Under the pieces are notes generated by a model. That model was not told where the DNA came from and searched no databases. It saw only the letters and a program-made list of their open reading frames with translations. DNA of 54,740 nt, filler included, from Basidioascus undulatus (taxonomy: Eukaryota), in the NCBI GenBank assembly GCA_000826855.1. It is 5 parts of 5 records of this genome, joined end to end, with 100 filler letters (N's around TTAATTAATTAA, not from the genome) between each part and the next. Parts side by side here need not be neighbours in the genome. Positions count along the whole stretch, not along the records: positions 32,923 to 43,790 come from JTLS01001075.1; positions 43,891 to 54,740 come from JTLS01001076.1; 3 more parts are not named here. One strand, written 5' to 3'. Made by a program: the position numbers and the translations under genes. Below are positions 36,817 to 49,040 of the stretch, piece after piece (the stretch's first letter is position 1; each line of letters starts with the position of its first letter).

Positions 36817-37416
36817 ATGGCTGACCAGCTTGTCGCCGAGACGGAGGACAGCAGCCGGGTCATTGGGCCACTCGAGCCGCACGTCGTTGACATGCAGGAC
36901 GGGCAGGTTGCGGAAGCGGGCGATACTGCTCAGACACGTAAACTGCAGACCGTAGAGGGGTTTCAGTAAAACAACATGCTGGATCTATGGGTTTGGACTG
37001 ACAACATTACCGACGAGACGGTGCTTGAAAGGCAGCCCGAACTGATGGAGCGCCAGCGACATCGCGTCCATCTCGAAGCCCAGCTCCAGGATTTCAAGGC
37101 CCGACTGGGCTTCAAGAAGCTCGTCGATGTCCACCAGCCCTCGCCTTTTAGAACTGACTTCAATCATTCCTCGGACCCTAACGGCGTCGATCTGTCTTCG
37201 CCAGTGAGCTACCGGCGGAGCGCTGGCTCAACTGCCGGCTTTGACCTTGACTTTCAGGCTTCGCTTGACTCTCTCTCCGCCAAGTCTCTGCGCAGGATGG
37301 CCAAACTTTTTTAGTTATACTGAGCACTAGACCCACGTATATTGTCGTTGATAATGGAGTTACAAGTTTCCTTCCTGAAGCAGCCAGCGAGCCGGTCGGT
37401 AGCCAGCGTCCGGTGA
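36817..37416 (+). pseudogene. Relic ORF of unknown family interrupted by three in-frame stops
   Basis: One frame runs from ATG 36817 (MADQLVAETED...) with stops at 36967, 37312 and 37321 and protein-like sequence on both sides of each. Confidence 0.4.
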
Positions 37417-37839
37417 GATTCGTCCCCGTTTGAAGGGGCGGCCTCAGAGGTGGGATTTAAGAATTTCAACTTCACTAAAGTCTCTTTGGATCCCCGCAAC
37501 CGACACCTTAGAAGACGGCATCATTACCCGGGGTCCAGCGCCCCCCCTGCTCTCACCCTTCGGCTTTCAAAGCTGAAGCGGTGTTTTTCTCTGGCATTGG
37601 TTTCGAGAACCCATCAACAAAGGTTTATTACGGAACAGGGCAGCTCTATCACAAGGGGTATACGCTTGTTTCGAGGGCCACAGAGAGCACTAGGCTTTTG
37701 CCGACTTGTCCTGCGCATCGCTGGTTGCCCTCCCGCCATCACCACCTTTGTCCACACACCGCACCCCAGAAGCCAGCTACACAGTCACCATACCCTCCTC
37801 GTACCCCTACATCGCCTGGGTTCCCGCTCAAGTTCTCCT

Positions 37840-38742
37840 TCAGACGGGTGCTACCTCGACACACCTACGCTCGCTGTCCTTTCCACGTTGTAGCCACGCC
37901 GTCCGCAAGCGGGTCTTCCCCATCCTCTTCTGCCGGATCAGAATCACGGCGGATTCGCTGATATCGTCGGATGAGATTGAGCGGCGTCAGTGGGCGAAGA
38001 AGGACATGCGCCTGAGGGAAGTTGTCGTGTGAGTTCTCCGACGTGGAGTGCTTGGGCGGGCTGTGGTGTTTCTTGGCTACTGACGCGGGGCTCGGTGTGT
38101 ATAGGGAGCTGACCGTCGGGATGATCCACGTTGAACAGATGGAAAGATCTTCGACGGAGCGATCGCCTCCGTATTGAAATCGCTCCTTGCCTGGACACTC
38201 TGTCCTTTCGCGGTCGCCCGCCTCAGGCCCCAGCTGCTCACCTCCATCGCTCGCCTGCGCCCCCCCCTCCGCTCTTTGACTCTGCACGGCGACCTGGTCG
38301 AAGGGCTCTCCAGCCTTTCTCGGCTTCGTCCCCTCTCTCATCTCCACACCTTTTCGATCAACCATGTCGATTCCTCCCTCGAAACGCGTAACACGCTGGA
38401 CATCCCGGAGCTCGCGGGGCTCTTCCCCCAGCTCCACCGTCTCGCGTCCGCACAGCTCTTGCCCTCCGCTCCCTCATCCAGTCTATTCCCCAGTTTGAGG
38501 CAACCGTGCAGCTCGGCTCCACGAGCGACATCAGGCCCCTGTGGTTCTTTGCCGAGGAGCACTACGAGGTCTACACGACTGCGCACTTCGCGGTGCTGGC
38601 AGCCTCGCTGCAGCAGTGCAATATCTTGCAGCAGATTAGGTTCAGATACTCCGAAAGCCAAAGTGGAATATGGCGGCCCAATGGATGCCAGCAGGTAGCG
38701 GAACACCACCGAACGTGTCACGGTCAGGCCGTACATCTGTAA
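37840..38742 (+). pseudogene. Disabled F-box-like/LRR gene
   Basis: YLDTPTLAVLS joins RCSHAVRKRVFPILFCRIRI only across a 1-nt shift near 37885. An intron starts near 38029 (GTGAGT). LRR-like LRSLTLHG, LSHLHTFSI and FPQLHRLA follow, with further frame changes near 38185 and 38505. Confidence 0.6.
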
Positions 38743-38879
38743 ACGCAGAAACACCTTTGCGAAACTGAAAGTGTGCAGTGCTGGACGGCTGCTGGAATAA
38801 GAGAAACAGAAGGCAGACTTGAGATGGACGGACAGTCGACAAGGGGAGCTGCGTGCATGTCAAAGAAACCCTCCCCACA

Positions 38880-39234
38880 CCCTCCCTTCTCGGCGATTTG
38901 CTCGATCTGCTTGGCAACACCCCACACACGCTCCCTGTTTCTCATGGAAGGGCACCGACTACATGCTTTCGCGTATGCGAGCCAGGGGAAACGGCGACCC
39001 TTCCCGCCGGCCTTCATCACCTGGGCGTCCCACCACTGTACGTCGGCATACCCGTACTTGCCGTCTACGTCGTGAGCGTGGAGTGGGGCTGGTGGGTTGC
39101 AATAGAATCGCCCGCGAGACGGTCGATGAAGGGAAGGTGCGCGGGACGGATGGCGGTAGACGTGCTAAGCAGGGCGGTGACGGAGGAGAGCGGAAGGTAG
39201 GATGCGAGGGCGAGGAGGATGTCCTCGGTAGGCA
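38880..39234 (-). pseudogene. 3' fragment of an F-box protein gene, frameshifted
   Basis: PTEDILLALASYLPLSSVTALLSTSTAIR...FIDRLA (F-box-like), then in another frame QWWDAQV...FPWLAYAKACSRCPSMRNRERVWGVAKQIEQIA, which from memory resembles the MxNRxRIW C-terminus of a fungal F-box family. No 5' exons are evident. Confidence 0.65.
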
Positions 39235-40050
39235 CTGAGACTGATATATCTTGGCTGCATACACAACATGAAGGTAATGTAAAAATTACCTCAGGAAGAA
39301 GGCAATCTTTCTCATGGTCAGCTGGGGTCCGACATGGATGGAAGCAACCTGACCGGATCGGTTGGCTGAGCTCATGACCTCATGGCCAACACCGCAGAAG
39401 TTCCTTGTCGAGTTGCACGTTCTACTCATGGACCAGCATCTAGAACGACCGCAACATCTTTGAATGAGATATCTCTGAAAAAATTGCTAAGAGCCCCCCA
39501 GGCAGTCCTTTCGTTTAGCAGTCCTGGTCGAACCGTCTGCGTCCAGACATGGCCAGACAGACGCCACTTGACTGTGCCTTGCGGCAACTCCGAGTCCGAG
39601 TTACCGCCGCTCCTGGATACAGTCAATGTTGTGAAATGGGAGTCCCAGAAAAGCTCACGCAATGTCAAGAGGGACTGCCATGCACAGACGAAGCGTGCCT
39701 GTTCCCCTGCGCAGTCTCCTAAGCTCGCATTCCTACTGCACCCCTGCATCTCGAAGCCGCTCAATGGTCAGAAAGGCGTCCTTGATATCTGGATGGTCCT
39801 TCAAATACATACCCTGGAATGAGCTCTACCTCTATCTTTCTTCCCCACCCCAACAAACTATGAGCGTAAAGCATTCTTCGCAACAGCTGCGTCTTCGTGT
39901 CCATACCGGCTTTCACAACACGCCCACAGGCATATAACGCCGGCGCTGGGAGACTCTCAGAACCCAACAGTCACTTCTTCTTCTTACCTCCAGTTCTTCC
40001 TAGCTCTACATCCTCTCAACACTCGTACTCCCGCTCATACACACACCGCG

Positions 40051-40815
40051 ATGTCCGCCCGCCCCTCCACGCTCCTCCTCTTCCTCGCAACCTTTACCGC
40101 GCCGACCCTCCTCGCGCACCCGCTCCCGCACACACCCCCTGCTTCCTCCGACCTCAGCGCCCTCGCGTCCAACCTGGGCCCGGTGATCCTCAGCAACCGC
40201 GCGCTCTCCCCGCCGGCGCCGGGGACGTCCCCGAATCTCGTTGGGCGGCTGGCGCGGCGCCAGGTGACGATCGACAACTCTGTCGACACGGACCTCGACT
40301 TCGAGCTGGAGGAGTTCAAGTACTCGAAGTCGGGAAAGGGCGGCGGGGGAGACGTGCCGTACTTCCCGCACCACCACAACAATCACAAGCACCACAAGAA
40401 GGACGTCTCCGCGAAGCCCCGGGCCTACGCGCGCCGCGCCCTGACGGACCTCGTCCGCATGCCGGCGGACACGCTCAACAGGGCTCAGGGGGAAGCGAAG
40501 CAGCAAGCGGCGGCCCAGGCCCAGCGCGCACAGCAGTCCCGCCCCCAGCTCGTCCACGACGACGCGCCCCCGCCGTTCCGCCCTGCGGGGTCGGGCGACG
40601 ACGCGCAGGCCCAGCAGGCCGGAGGGTCGCAGCCGATAAATATCAAGAACAACGTGGACACGGACTTGAACATCGAGCAGGAGCAGTACAGGCATGACCG
40701 GTGAGCTTCCCTCATGCTTTGCGATGCGAGGAGCAGTGCGCTGAAATGCACCTCGATGCACGGCAGCCTCGGACACCTCAGCCGCAAGCGCTTCCTCTTC
40801 AGCACGCTGCACTAG
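40051..40815 (+). CDS. Secreted small protein with candidate Kex2 sites and two copies of an IxNxVDTDL motif
   Basis: Signal-peptide-like MSARPSTLLLFLATFTAPTLLAHP; basic sites LARR, YARR and SRKR. Probable intron 40701-40766 adds the terminal RLGHLSRKRFLFSTLH*; the unspliced ORF stops at 40704. Confidence 0.85.
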
Positions 40816-40953
40816 ACGTTCGAAACCTGTACACCCTTACATCACCTAGTGAACAGCCTGCCTTCCGTTTCCTTTCTCCTTTCCTCTTAGTCTTAAACGC
40901 GTCGCACATACTAGCATCTTCGTATCAGCTAATATAATATCCCCCCTCGCCTC

Positions 40954-43754
40954 TCAAAGGCCCGGCTCCTCCTTCTCATACGCCCCCGCAACCATGCACA
41001 GATTCCTCCCCGTAAACTGAACGTCCACGATCGGCGTGCGCTTGGTCATGAAAGTCGCAAGCAAGTCCTCACTGTCCCCCCAACCACCCCAATCAGTTCC
41101 CGTCCTCCTTCTCCCTCCTCTCAACCTTATTCAACTCCTCCCCAAGCCTAAGAGAACGCACCTGGCGCTGCCCTCCGCAGCCTCCGACCCCGCGCTCTTG
41201 ACGTCCCAGCACCGGACGCTCCAGTCCGCCCCGCCGGAGACGAGCATGTCCGACCCGGCATCGAACGACAGGGAGTAGATCGCACCACTGTGGCCCGTCA
41301 TCTTCTTTACGCGCCGGCCGGAACCGAGGTCCCACAGGTTGATGGAGAGGTCGTCGGCTGTCCCACCAACAATCATCAGCACTTCGCTTCCGAAAACCTT
41401 TCGGGAACTCGCGCAGGGAGGAGGGAAGAGGGTGGAGGAAGGGAGAAGGAGGTGGGGTGGAGGGGACAGGAAAGGGAGAAAAGACGCACCAGCCGACGCG
41501 AGGTACCGCCCGTCCGGGCTGACAGCGAGCGCAGACAGCGCGCCCTGGTGGCCGATAAAGACACGCACGCACGCGCCGCGCTGGACGTCCCACAGGCGCG
41601 CAGTCCGGTCGGACGAGCCCGTCGCGAGGTAGAGCGAGTTCGGGTGGAACTTTAGGCACTGCGGTCCGCCGCCCCCACCCACGGGTCAGCTGCCTCTTCT
41701 TCCAAGCCCTTCTACCGGGGAGTGATGGACCCGGTAGAAGGGATGGACAGGGAAAGCGGGAGGGAGCGAGAGAAGAAGCAACGCACGTCCACGTCCCCCA
41801 AGTGCCCCGCAAAGCACCTGAGCGCGCCGGCCCTCTCAGCGCTCCACAACCTCGCCGTCCTATCCCTACTCGCCGTCGCAAAATAAACCCCCAGAGGGCC
41901 CCACTCCACATCCCAAACCGGGTCCCGATGCCCGCGATATACCGCCAAATTGCTCAAGGTCTCCAAACTCCACAGCCTGGCTGTCCCGTCCCCCGAGGCG
42001 GAGAGGAGATGCCGCGGCGGGGAAGCGGCGCCGGCGGAGGGGTCGAAGGAGAGGGAGTAGATGGGGGCGGAGTGGGCGATTAGGCGGAGCTGGGGGGAAG
42101 GCGTGGAGGTGGGGGAGCGGAGCTTCTTGAGGGAGGAGGGAGGATGCGTGGAGGGGAAGTCGGAGCGGAGGCCGCGGAAGGGCGTGCCGCGCAGAGAGTA
42201 GAGACGGATGGAGGAGTCGGAGAACCCCCCGGCTAGGAGGGTCGAGTCGGGGGAGAAGGTCGCGGTGTTGAGCCTGCGGGTCCACCATCCATCAGCTCCT
42301 TCTTCCTACACCTCGTTCCCAGGAAAGAAGAAACGCACGAGTCCCCCGCATCATGGAACGTGAACGCGCAGACGCTGGGCAGACTAACCCTCGTCTTCGC
42401 GCCCGCCCCACCCAACGCCCCCGCACCCAACGCACCCTCCATCACCCGCCCCTTCCCCTTCTCCCCCTCCAGCACCCCCAACCGGATCCGCTTCCGCGCA
42501 TCCCGGACCTTCTCCACCTCCCTCTTGACGTCCGCGGTCCTAAACACCGGAAGAGGGGGCATGTCCGCCCTCGTAGGCGCCTCCACCCCCCCTTTCTCGG
42601 GCTTATTCTCCTCCTCCTTCTTCTCCGCCGCTGCCGCCGCCGCCGCCCCCGCGTCCTCGCCCTCCTTCTTCAACTGCGGCTGCTGCTCGCCGTCCACGTC
42701 CATCCGCTCCCCAGGGCCCGGATCTTCGGCCTTGACGGTCCGCTCGACCTCCGCGCGCAGCCCCTCTTCCAGAGGGGCCGGCCCGAGCTTGAGCGGGCCC
42801 GCCGCTGCGTTGAATGCGGACGGAGAGGCGGCGGTGATGGGCCGTGCGCCGCGCAGGGTCGGGTAGGAGGTTACCAGGTCGGAGACGAGGCCGGTGGACT
42901 CTTCGAGGAGCGAGGGCGTGAGGCGGATGGAGGCGTCGAGGACTGCGGGTGGGGGTGTGAGTCCCGGGAGCAGAAGGGGAAAAGTGGCAAAGAAGAGGGG
43001 AGGAAGAGGAAGAGGAAGAGAGACGAAGACGCACCATCCACCTTCAACCTCTCATTAACCAACTTTAGCATCGCCTGCCTCCCCTTCCCCTCCACTCCCC
43101 CTCTCACGCCTCCCCCCTCTCCAGCGGGGCCCCCAACAAGCGCGTCGCTCAACCATCCCAAGAAAAGCCCCCACGCGGCCCGGCCCATGCGGACCACGTA
43201 CTTCTGGCTCCGCCAGCGCTGCGCGAGCGGGTCGGTCCGCACGTGCGAGGGGAGCGTGATCCCCGCCAGCCGGGCGATCGTCTCCCCGTGCGCCGGGAGG
43301 AGCGGGCCTGAGTGGCGCAGGAGCAGGGCGCGCGCGGCGGAGGTGAAGGAGAGGGAGGTTAGGTCCAGGTAGGCGTGCACGAAGAGAGGGAAGAGGAGGG
43401 GGCGGAGCTCGGGCTGCGATCATCCCCATGTCAGCTTTCGGTCTTTCCCACCTTCTGAAAAGAGGAAGAGGAAGAGAAGGGGAAAGGAGAAGGGGAAAGG
43501 AGAACGCACCCGATACACATCCAAACTCCCCTCAACCCACCTCTCCAAATCCCTATACCCCCTCGGCCTCTCCGCCGGATCACTAAGCAGCGCCTCCTCC
43601 GCCGCCGCCCCTCCCGCGCCCTGCGTCGCCGCAACGCCAACCAGATGCGCAAGGACCGCCTGGTCCTTCCCCCCCGCCGGCGCGACCCCCCCGTCCGGCT
43701 TCGCCGCGCGCGGCGCGTGCGGGGCGTTCTTGGACGCGAGCTCGGCGAGGGTCA
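40954..43754 (-). CDS. TAF5: TFIID/SAGA subunit TAF5 (NTD2 + WD40), 5' part missing at contig end
   Basis: GYRDLERWVEGSLDVYRPELRPLLFPLFVHAYLDL, DVKREVEKVRDARKRIRL, LPSVCAFTFHD, AVYRGHRDPVWDVEWGPLGVYFATASRDRTARLW, FHPNSLYLATGSSDRTARLWDVQRG, TKRTPIVDVQFTGRNL. Confidence 0.97.
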
Positions 43755-43790
43755 CTGTGTTTCCCGGTGCGGTCGAAGGAGTAGGGGCGG

Positions 43791-43890
43791 NNNNNNNNNN
43801 NNNNNNNNNNNNNNNNNNNNNNNNNNNNNNNNNNTTAATTAATTAANNNNNNNNNNNNNNNNNNNNNNNNNNNNNNNNNNNNNNNNNNNN
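43791..43890. other. Artificial contig linker
   Basis: N44-TTAATTAATTAA-N44. Confidence 0.99.
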
Positions 43891-45637
43891 CGCACACCCC
43901 ATCCCGAACGCATCCATCAGACTGAAAGTAGGTTAAAGTAAACATTGGAAGGTAGACATTGGAAGGTATACGTTTGACGGCGAAAGTACTAGTTGGCTGC
44001 CCACCACTGCTGCTCGACAAGAACCGCATCCTTCATGCAAGTTTCCCAAGTGTAGGTAGGGCGGGCTAATTAAAGTAGAAATTTCAACAAATCTCAACCT
44101 GATGGTCTGGCGTACGGAGGAAAGCGCCCATAGCCGCCATTCTGCGGTCCGTTGGTTGTCACTCTCAAGGATGAGCACGAACAGAGAGGCAAGCCCTTAC
44201 CACAAAGTTGAAATAGAATAGGGGGGAGTAAAAAATTAAGAATTTTACATCTCATATGCCGTTCGGAATCAGGCATTTCTTCGCACTGCAAGAAGCACTC
44301 CGACGAGTGTTGTCAGCCAACGCGGACAACGTCGGCAGCGGCAGCGCCGTGAATCCTCTGCCTCTCCGTTTCTTTGGAAAAACTTACAAAAATATGGTGC
44401 CTCACTTGTAAAATACGAATGTTGTAGGGGTAACAAATTAACGGAGCTGGTATACCTCGGCGGACGAACGTGTGTCATCCCGCTCGAAAGCCGTATCCCC
44501 GCGTATCGTCAAGGCACACGCAGGACCTTGCCCTACGACTCTGAACCTGCCACCACCGCCTACCCGCCCTTTAACCGCCTACATAAGTAGGGTATATACT
44601 CGAATTTTCAGCAGAAGAAGTATGGCTCGCCACTACACCACCACCTAGCTCAAAGCCCAGCACGAGCGGCACCGGGCAATCCGCCAGCGACCGCGCGCAT
44701 GTGGCTCGCATCATCGCGGAGCACCTCCTCGACAGCGGTCTTCCGCCCTCGAGAAACAAGAAGGTCCGGGAGGAGCTCTGCTCAAATCCAAACGTCGACT
44801 CCAAGGACGTCCTTGCGGCGCACCGCGCGCTCTCGGCGGCCGAATGGAACGCGAGGCAGGACAAGGCCACGGAGGAGCGCAAGGAGAGAAGCACCAAATG
44901 TGAGCCTTTAACTGTGGGGTTTGTTCAGTTGGGGTTGATGTAGAGGTGGTTGGGGGATGATAGGGGTGGCGACGATGCCCGACGTGGGGAAGCAGACACG
45001 CCGGGGGACCATGTCGGAGAGCGAGGCGAAGGCGATAGTTCAAAGGTGCGGCATTGATGCTCCATTCCTTCAAGTTTTTTTTAAAGCGCTGAAATTTTTT
45101 TGGTTGCCTTAATCGTGGTCTAACCTTCAAAGACACGGCCGAGGCGGGACCGTCGTCGTGAGCGCGTTAGGGGGCATGCAGTTCAGATCGGGTCGGCCGA
45201 ATGGGTGGGGTGCGTGGCGCGTCTGACCAAGTATTTCTTGAACGAATACCAATGATACATTCTGTCGAGCTTGCTGATCTTAATGCTGTCTCTGTGCCAA
45301 ACCAAAGCCGGTGTTTTGGTAGGCGTCCTGTCCCTTAACAAAGCGTCGTGCCACTACGGTAGGCGGGTTTCGAAGAATCCCGTTGGGTTGTCGCAAAGAG
45401 ACCACAGGACATGTTCCTCGAAACAGCTCAAACACTTAATTTACACAAATACGTTCAGGGGGAAATGCACATCCAGTCCTCCTCCGACACGGCGTCCTCG
45501 TACCACCGGACTGTACTGCCGTTCCGGCTCGCCCCTTCTGCAGAACACCAGATATCCAGTCGCGGCCCGGGATACTTTTGAGAAGGCAGAAGTTTGTTTC
45601 ACGTATGCAAACGTTGAGTTCACCGACACCTGCTACC

Positions 45638-46671
45638 TCAGTACCCATCCTTGCTCTCGCTGTCTCCCGTCTCCGTACCCTCCTTGCAAATACTGCTCGT
45701 GCGACTCGCCCCGATGCGTTCAGCGCCAGACGCAAGCACTGCGTTCCGCCAGATTTTCAATATCAGCACGACACTACCTCGTCCCCTGATCCCTCGAGAA
45801 GCCCTCAACGTACTCTTCGAGACGTCCTCCCTCGTCCGGATCCCCCCGCTCGCCTTGACCCTCACCCTCCGCCCAGTCGTGCCCTCAAAGTACTCGCATG
45901 CAGCGCGCATGAGCTGCACGTCATCCACACGCGCGCCGCCCGCGGCGGAGAAGCCTGTGGAGGTCTTTACGAAGGCTGCGCCAGCGTGCGCAGCGAGCAG
46001 CGTGCCGACGAGGATGTCGCGGGGGGTCAAGAGGGCAGTTTCAAGGATGACCTTGAATGGAGTTCCGGGGAAGGCAGAGGTGAGAGAATGGATGTCGTGG
46101 TAGACGTCTGAGGTGGGTAAAGTAAGTGGTCAGCGTCCGAAGATCGGGGTAGGACATGGAAAGGGGTACATTCGAGGTTGCCGGAAAGAAGGTGTCCAAT
46201 GTGCACGACTGTTTGTAAGTAACCAAGCGTCAGCTCCTCTTAGAAGCAAAAATTCCAAGTGGATAAGGAGAACTCACCCACGTCGATCTCGTTCGCGCCA
46301 AGCTCAATCGCCTCCCTCGCCTCTTCCACCTTCCCCCTCGTTCCCATCGCGCCCAACGGGAACCCAACGACGCAGCACACGCGCACATCCGTGCCCTTCA
46401 GTGCGGCCGAACACTGTTCCGCGTACGACGCATTCACGCAGACCGTCGCGGTGCCCAGGGCGACCGCCTCGGTGCAGAGATCGGCGACCTCTTGCGGCTT
46501 AGCAGAGCTGGTGAGGAGCGTGTGATCGATGATGGATGCGATGGACTCCGGATTGGGGTATGAGGTGGCTTTGAGGGAGGGAGGAACGCCTTCGCCTTGC
46601 GGGAAGAAGTGAGCCTCGGCGGCTTTGAGGAGGCCGACGAAGTCGTCAGGGAGCTCGGGAGCTGGCGGCAT
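45638..46671 (-). CDS. deoC: Deoxyribose-phosphate aldolase (DERA)
   Basis: [47 protein letters not shown] (Schiff-base Lys), [17 protein letters not shown]; spliceosomal introns present. Confidence 0.97.
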
Positions 46672-47337
46672 CGTGTGGGCCTGCTCGGATGTTTACCGGT
46701 GCCTTGAGAGGGGACAGATGTAGAAGTAGTGCCGGGTGGTCTGACCAACCTGTTGAGATGCAAGTTAATTTGCGGACGGAGAAGACGGAGGTCGAAGGGT
46801 GAGCAGCATGCAGTTCGGTGCAACGGACATCGAAATGCCGAGCGTGTGGGAACCGCTGACTTCTGATTGACCACTTGAGGATCACCGCTGGTCAAAGCAA
46901 GCACTTTCAGAGCCCACATGTTGCCTCAAAGTTCGTGGTAAGTGCGAAAAGGCGAGCTGTACACACTGTACACCAACCCCTCCTCAGCCCCAATGTCGTG
47001 AAAGTGGGGAAAGCAGGCACTCCGCCTGGCGCCTAACTTTTCAGACTCCTCCGCTGCTGGCCCAACGATGCTCACCAGGTCCCGTCTGTTCCGGTGTTTC
47101 TATTCGATCGCTGATCACCGATCAGGCGGCTACCGAGCGATTTTTTTAGGGCATGTGCACCAAGACAAGGAAACTGTCATCTCTGGCTACAACTGCCATT
47201 CCGCTCACGCGGCACGTACATACGAGACATTGTTCCGAGAAGCAAGAAAACAAGAAGGAATTTAACCCGTCCCTCCAGCCCGCTTCCCATCTTCTAAAGA
47301 CACAGTTCCACTCCAACCCCGCCGCCGCCACCCGCAT

Positions 47338-49040
47338 TTACTGCTTGAAGAGCATCTCGTCGCGGCCGGGGCCGACGCCTACGGACGTGACCGGGACGCC
47401 GAGGTACTCCTCGATGAACGCGACGTACTTGCGCGCGTTCTCGGGGAGGTCGTCCCACTTGCGCGCCTTGTTGATCGGCGTCTGCCAGCCGGGGAGCGTG
47501 ACGTACTTGACGGTGATGCGCTCGAGGAGGTTGAGGTTCGCTACAGGCGGGCACAAGCAATGCAGTCAGATTTCCTGGCGCGGATAAAGCTGGGGACAGC
47601 AAAGAGGGAAGGGCGCACCAGGGAAGGACTCGAGCTCCTTGCCGTCGAGCTCGTACGCGACCGCAACCTTGATCTCGGGCAGAGCGTCGAGCACGTCGAG
47701 CTTGGTGAGGTTCAGCTGCGTGTAACCGTTGATGAGGTGGCTGTACTTGAGCACGACGAGGTCGAGCCAGCCGCAGCGACGGCGGCGGCCGGTCGTCACG
47801 CCCCACTCGGCGCCGACCTCCTGGAGGTGCGTGCCGACGTCCTGAACCACCACGCACGAACATTCCCATCAGAATCAACAGGCAAAGATGAGCGTTGTTT
47901 GCCGAACGACTCACGTTCAGCTGCTCAGTCGGGAACGGCCCACCACCGACGCGGGTCGTGTACGCCTTGACGACACCGTAGACCTCGCCGATGCGCTGGG
48001 GCGGGACACCGAGACCGGTGCAGACGCCGCCGATGGACGTGGACGAGGAGGTCACGTAGGGGTACGTGCCGAAGTCGATGTCGAGCATGAGCGCGTTCGC
48101 GCCCTCGACGAGCACGCGCTTGCCCGAGTTGAGCGCCTTGTGCACGTAGGACGGCCCGTCGACGAGATGAGGACGGAGGCGCTCGGCGAGCTCCTGTGAA
48201 TAATCATGCATGTGGGTGAACCGATCAGAATCGGAAAGGGGACAACAGGCGAACCTTGTACCGCTTGATCTCGGCCTCGGTGTCATACTCGAAGTGGCCG
48301 TAGCGCTTGAAACGGCCCTCGACGAGCTTGCGGAACTTGGCGGGGAAGTCCTCGTCGTAGAGGTGGTGGATACGGAGACCCGAGCGGGAAGCCTTGGACG
48401 AGTACGCGGGGCCGATGCCCTTCTTGGTCGTGCCGATGCTGCTGCCGCCGAGCTCGACCTCCTTCAGGCCGTCGACGATCTGGTGGAAGTCGAACACGAC
48501 CTGGGCGCGGTCCGAGACGAAGAGGCGGTGCGCGCAGTCGAGGCCTTTGCCGACGAGCGTGTCGAGTTCGGCAAAGAACGAGGGGATGTGCACGACCACG
48601 CCCGAGCCGATGAAGCCGATGCAGGACGGGTTGACGAGCCCCGAGGGGAGAAGGTGGAAGTCGAACTTTTGCCGGATCGGACCCGAGGGCGTCGGGAAGT
48701 CGTCGACGACAATCGTGTGCCCGGCGTTGTTGCCGCCGGCGCAACGAGCGCAGAGGTCAACCTCGTGGCCTGCGAACAGGAAGCCGCAGAATTGGTCAGT
48801 ATCACGTCCAGGAGCACCATGACTCGATCACCTTTTGCCAGCGCACCCCTCCCTCCCATTCCACACAACTTCGCCCGTTGAAAAAGTATGGTGCTCACCG
48901 AGAACGTCCACGAGCTTGCCCTTGCCCTCGTCGCCCCATTGCTGCCCCGCCGCACCACTCGCGAGTCAGCCACCGGGCTGGCTGGTCTGCCGCCCCAACC
49001 GTCAACTTACGCTACCGAGAACAACCTGCACTTTAGCCAT
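47338..49040 (-). CDS. ADE12: Adenylosuccinate synthetase
   Basis: [107 protein letters not shown]. Confidence 0.99.

Noticed and set aside
3540..37323. RIP-like C-to-T explanation for the premature stops in the relics
   Set aside because: Every stop codon begins with T and can be derived from a C-starting codon, so this is uninformative without parent alignments; the relics are not visibly AT-enriched and indels are equally common.
42353..43372. Long alternative-frame and antisense ORFs over TAF5, UPF1, the nuclease and ADE12
   Set aside because: Expected from high GC3 (few off-frame stops); Arg/Pro-rich with no recognisable motifs.
43891..45250. Patchy AT-rich region with a duplicated ACATTGGAAGGTA and a short ORF at 44701-44943
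   Set aside because: Two-copy repeat only; no transposase, RT or TIR evidence, and the ORF lacks an ATG.
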